DNA of 64,000 bases. It comes from Eledone cirrhosa (Eukaryota). The DNA lies in NCBI GenBank assembly GCA_964016885.1, contig OZ024742.1, forward strand, positions 277,264,001 through 277,328,000, written 5' to 3'. The notes beneath the pieces were generated by a model that had not been told where the DNA came from, did no database searches, and was given only the letters and a program-made list of their open reading frames with translations. Every line of letters begins with the position of its first letter. Positions within the stretch are counted from its first letter, which is position 1. Made by a program: the position numbers and the translations under genes. Below, one piece after another: positions 63,066-64,000 of this stretch.

Positions 63066-64000
63066 TACATACACTTTTTATCTATGAAAGAACAAAATTT
63101 TAGATTTTTACACACATTCTCTCTTAGATGTTCAACATATCTTTCCATAACGATCGGTCAATTGTTAGCACTACACATGGCAACTACCATTTTCATCTGG
63201 CATTCTAGCATATTTAATTCTTTCCATTTTACCGTCGTCCCATCTCTGGCAACTAAACAATCTCTCGTTTCGTTCATCTCAAAAATATTAATTCATGTTT
63301 GCACACACAAAGCTAAACTCAAAGCCTCAGCTCGAGCCAGCGCGGCTGGACCGAGGGGACCGCATGACAATCTCCCCATTCCGTGACGGTAGGCCACACG
63401 TCTCTCTTGCTACACGATGTGGCACCTTCTCTAGCGGCAGCATGCTGCGTCCGGCTGCCAGCTTAGTATCCGCTGTTTGCCATGCCGAAGATGGCAAACT
63501 GTCCGAGTATCGGCCGCTTTCTTATATGTTTGTGGTAGAGCGAGTAGCAGTGGAGACTACCAGTGTTCTTGACGCCTAGACAACGGCCCCCGCTCATGGC
63601 CATCGGAGCTGAGTTGGGTGCGCGAAGTTGCAAGTCTCCCCCAGTTTGATTGGCTCTACCAGCTCGTCTCCGTCACCGTCCTCCCAGGCAATATATTCTT
63701 CATCCTGTCGGTACGAAGAGGTGCAGGGTATGATAGTTTCCACCTCATATTTCTCTTCTGCTGCCTAGATATTTCTTCCTAGACATATGTTACCGAAAGT
63801 TTTCAGAGTAATCGAAAGCAACAGCTGATTTTTGATTTCATAAAAACGACAACGACGATATCAACATAAGAGAAGAATACATTTGGAAAGGTTGATTGGT
63901 GGTAAGTATTTCCGTTGGACATGCAAAATTATTGCCGACGTATAGTGTTGAAATATTGCACAAGTTTACTGATTAATGAAACAATGTTTCGACTATTACA

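Larger units (their letters stand above)
1..64000. repeat. Tandem array of ~1,336 bp tRNA-Asp/tRNA-Glu units (~48 copies; runs off both window ends)
   Basis: Near-identical sequence recurs with a period of about 1,335-1,340 bp (Asp starts 189, 1525, 2844, 4181 ... 62994). Shorter or longer units are explained by a 19 bp deletion, a 9 bp deletion and a 59 bp duplication. Confidence 0.99.

Noticed and set aside
1-64000. CRISPR array, prokaryotic tRNA operon or integrative element
   Set aside because: Spacers are near-identical rather than unique, the period is 1.3 kb, and there are no cas or integrase genes. The tRNAs lack CCA and have eukaryotic sequence with oligo-T terminators.
1-64000. Pure assembly or rolling-circle concatemer artefact
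   Set aside because: Units carry linked, recurrent haplotypes and hierarchical HOR structure, which random read error would not produce. The exact copy number is still unverified.

Overview
The entire 64 kb window is one eukaryotic (metazoan-type) tandem tRNA gene array of about 48 head-to-tail copies of a ~1,336 bp unit. Each unit has a tRNA-Asp(GTC) gene on the + strand and a tRNA-Glu(TTC) gene on the - strand. The genes sit head-to-head across a 181 bp AT-rich spacer, have A/B boxes and oligo-T Pol III terminators, and lack an encoded CCA. I count 48 Asp loci (plus one truncated duplicate) and 47 complete Glu loci. None of the supplied ORFs looks like a real protein gene. The array has higher-order structure: a recent ~16,015 bp (12-unit) tandem duplication at ~27.6-59.6 kb, with a nested 2-unit alternation. 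Many variant genes are present: one Glu copy with an ochre-suppressor TTA anticodon (32035-32106), two anticodon-less Asp copies, a 59 bp partial Asp duplication, and two families of T-arm-damaged Glu genes. The ~1 kb convergent spacer holds a GC-rich, palindrome-dense block. On the minus strand this block reads as a decayed chromodomain-like frame, then a PPT-like tract, then a TGT...ACA-bounded segment, which may be a Gypsy/chromovirus fossil (unverified). The spacer also holds a possible decayed tRNA-Asp relic. All comparisons were made by eye; tRNA positions use standard numbering.
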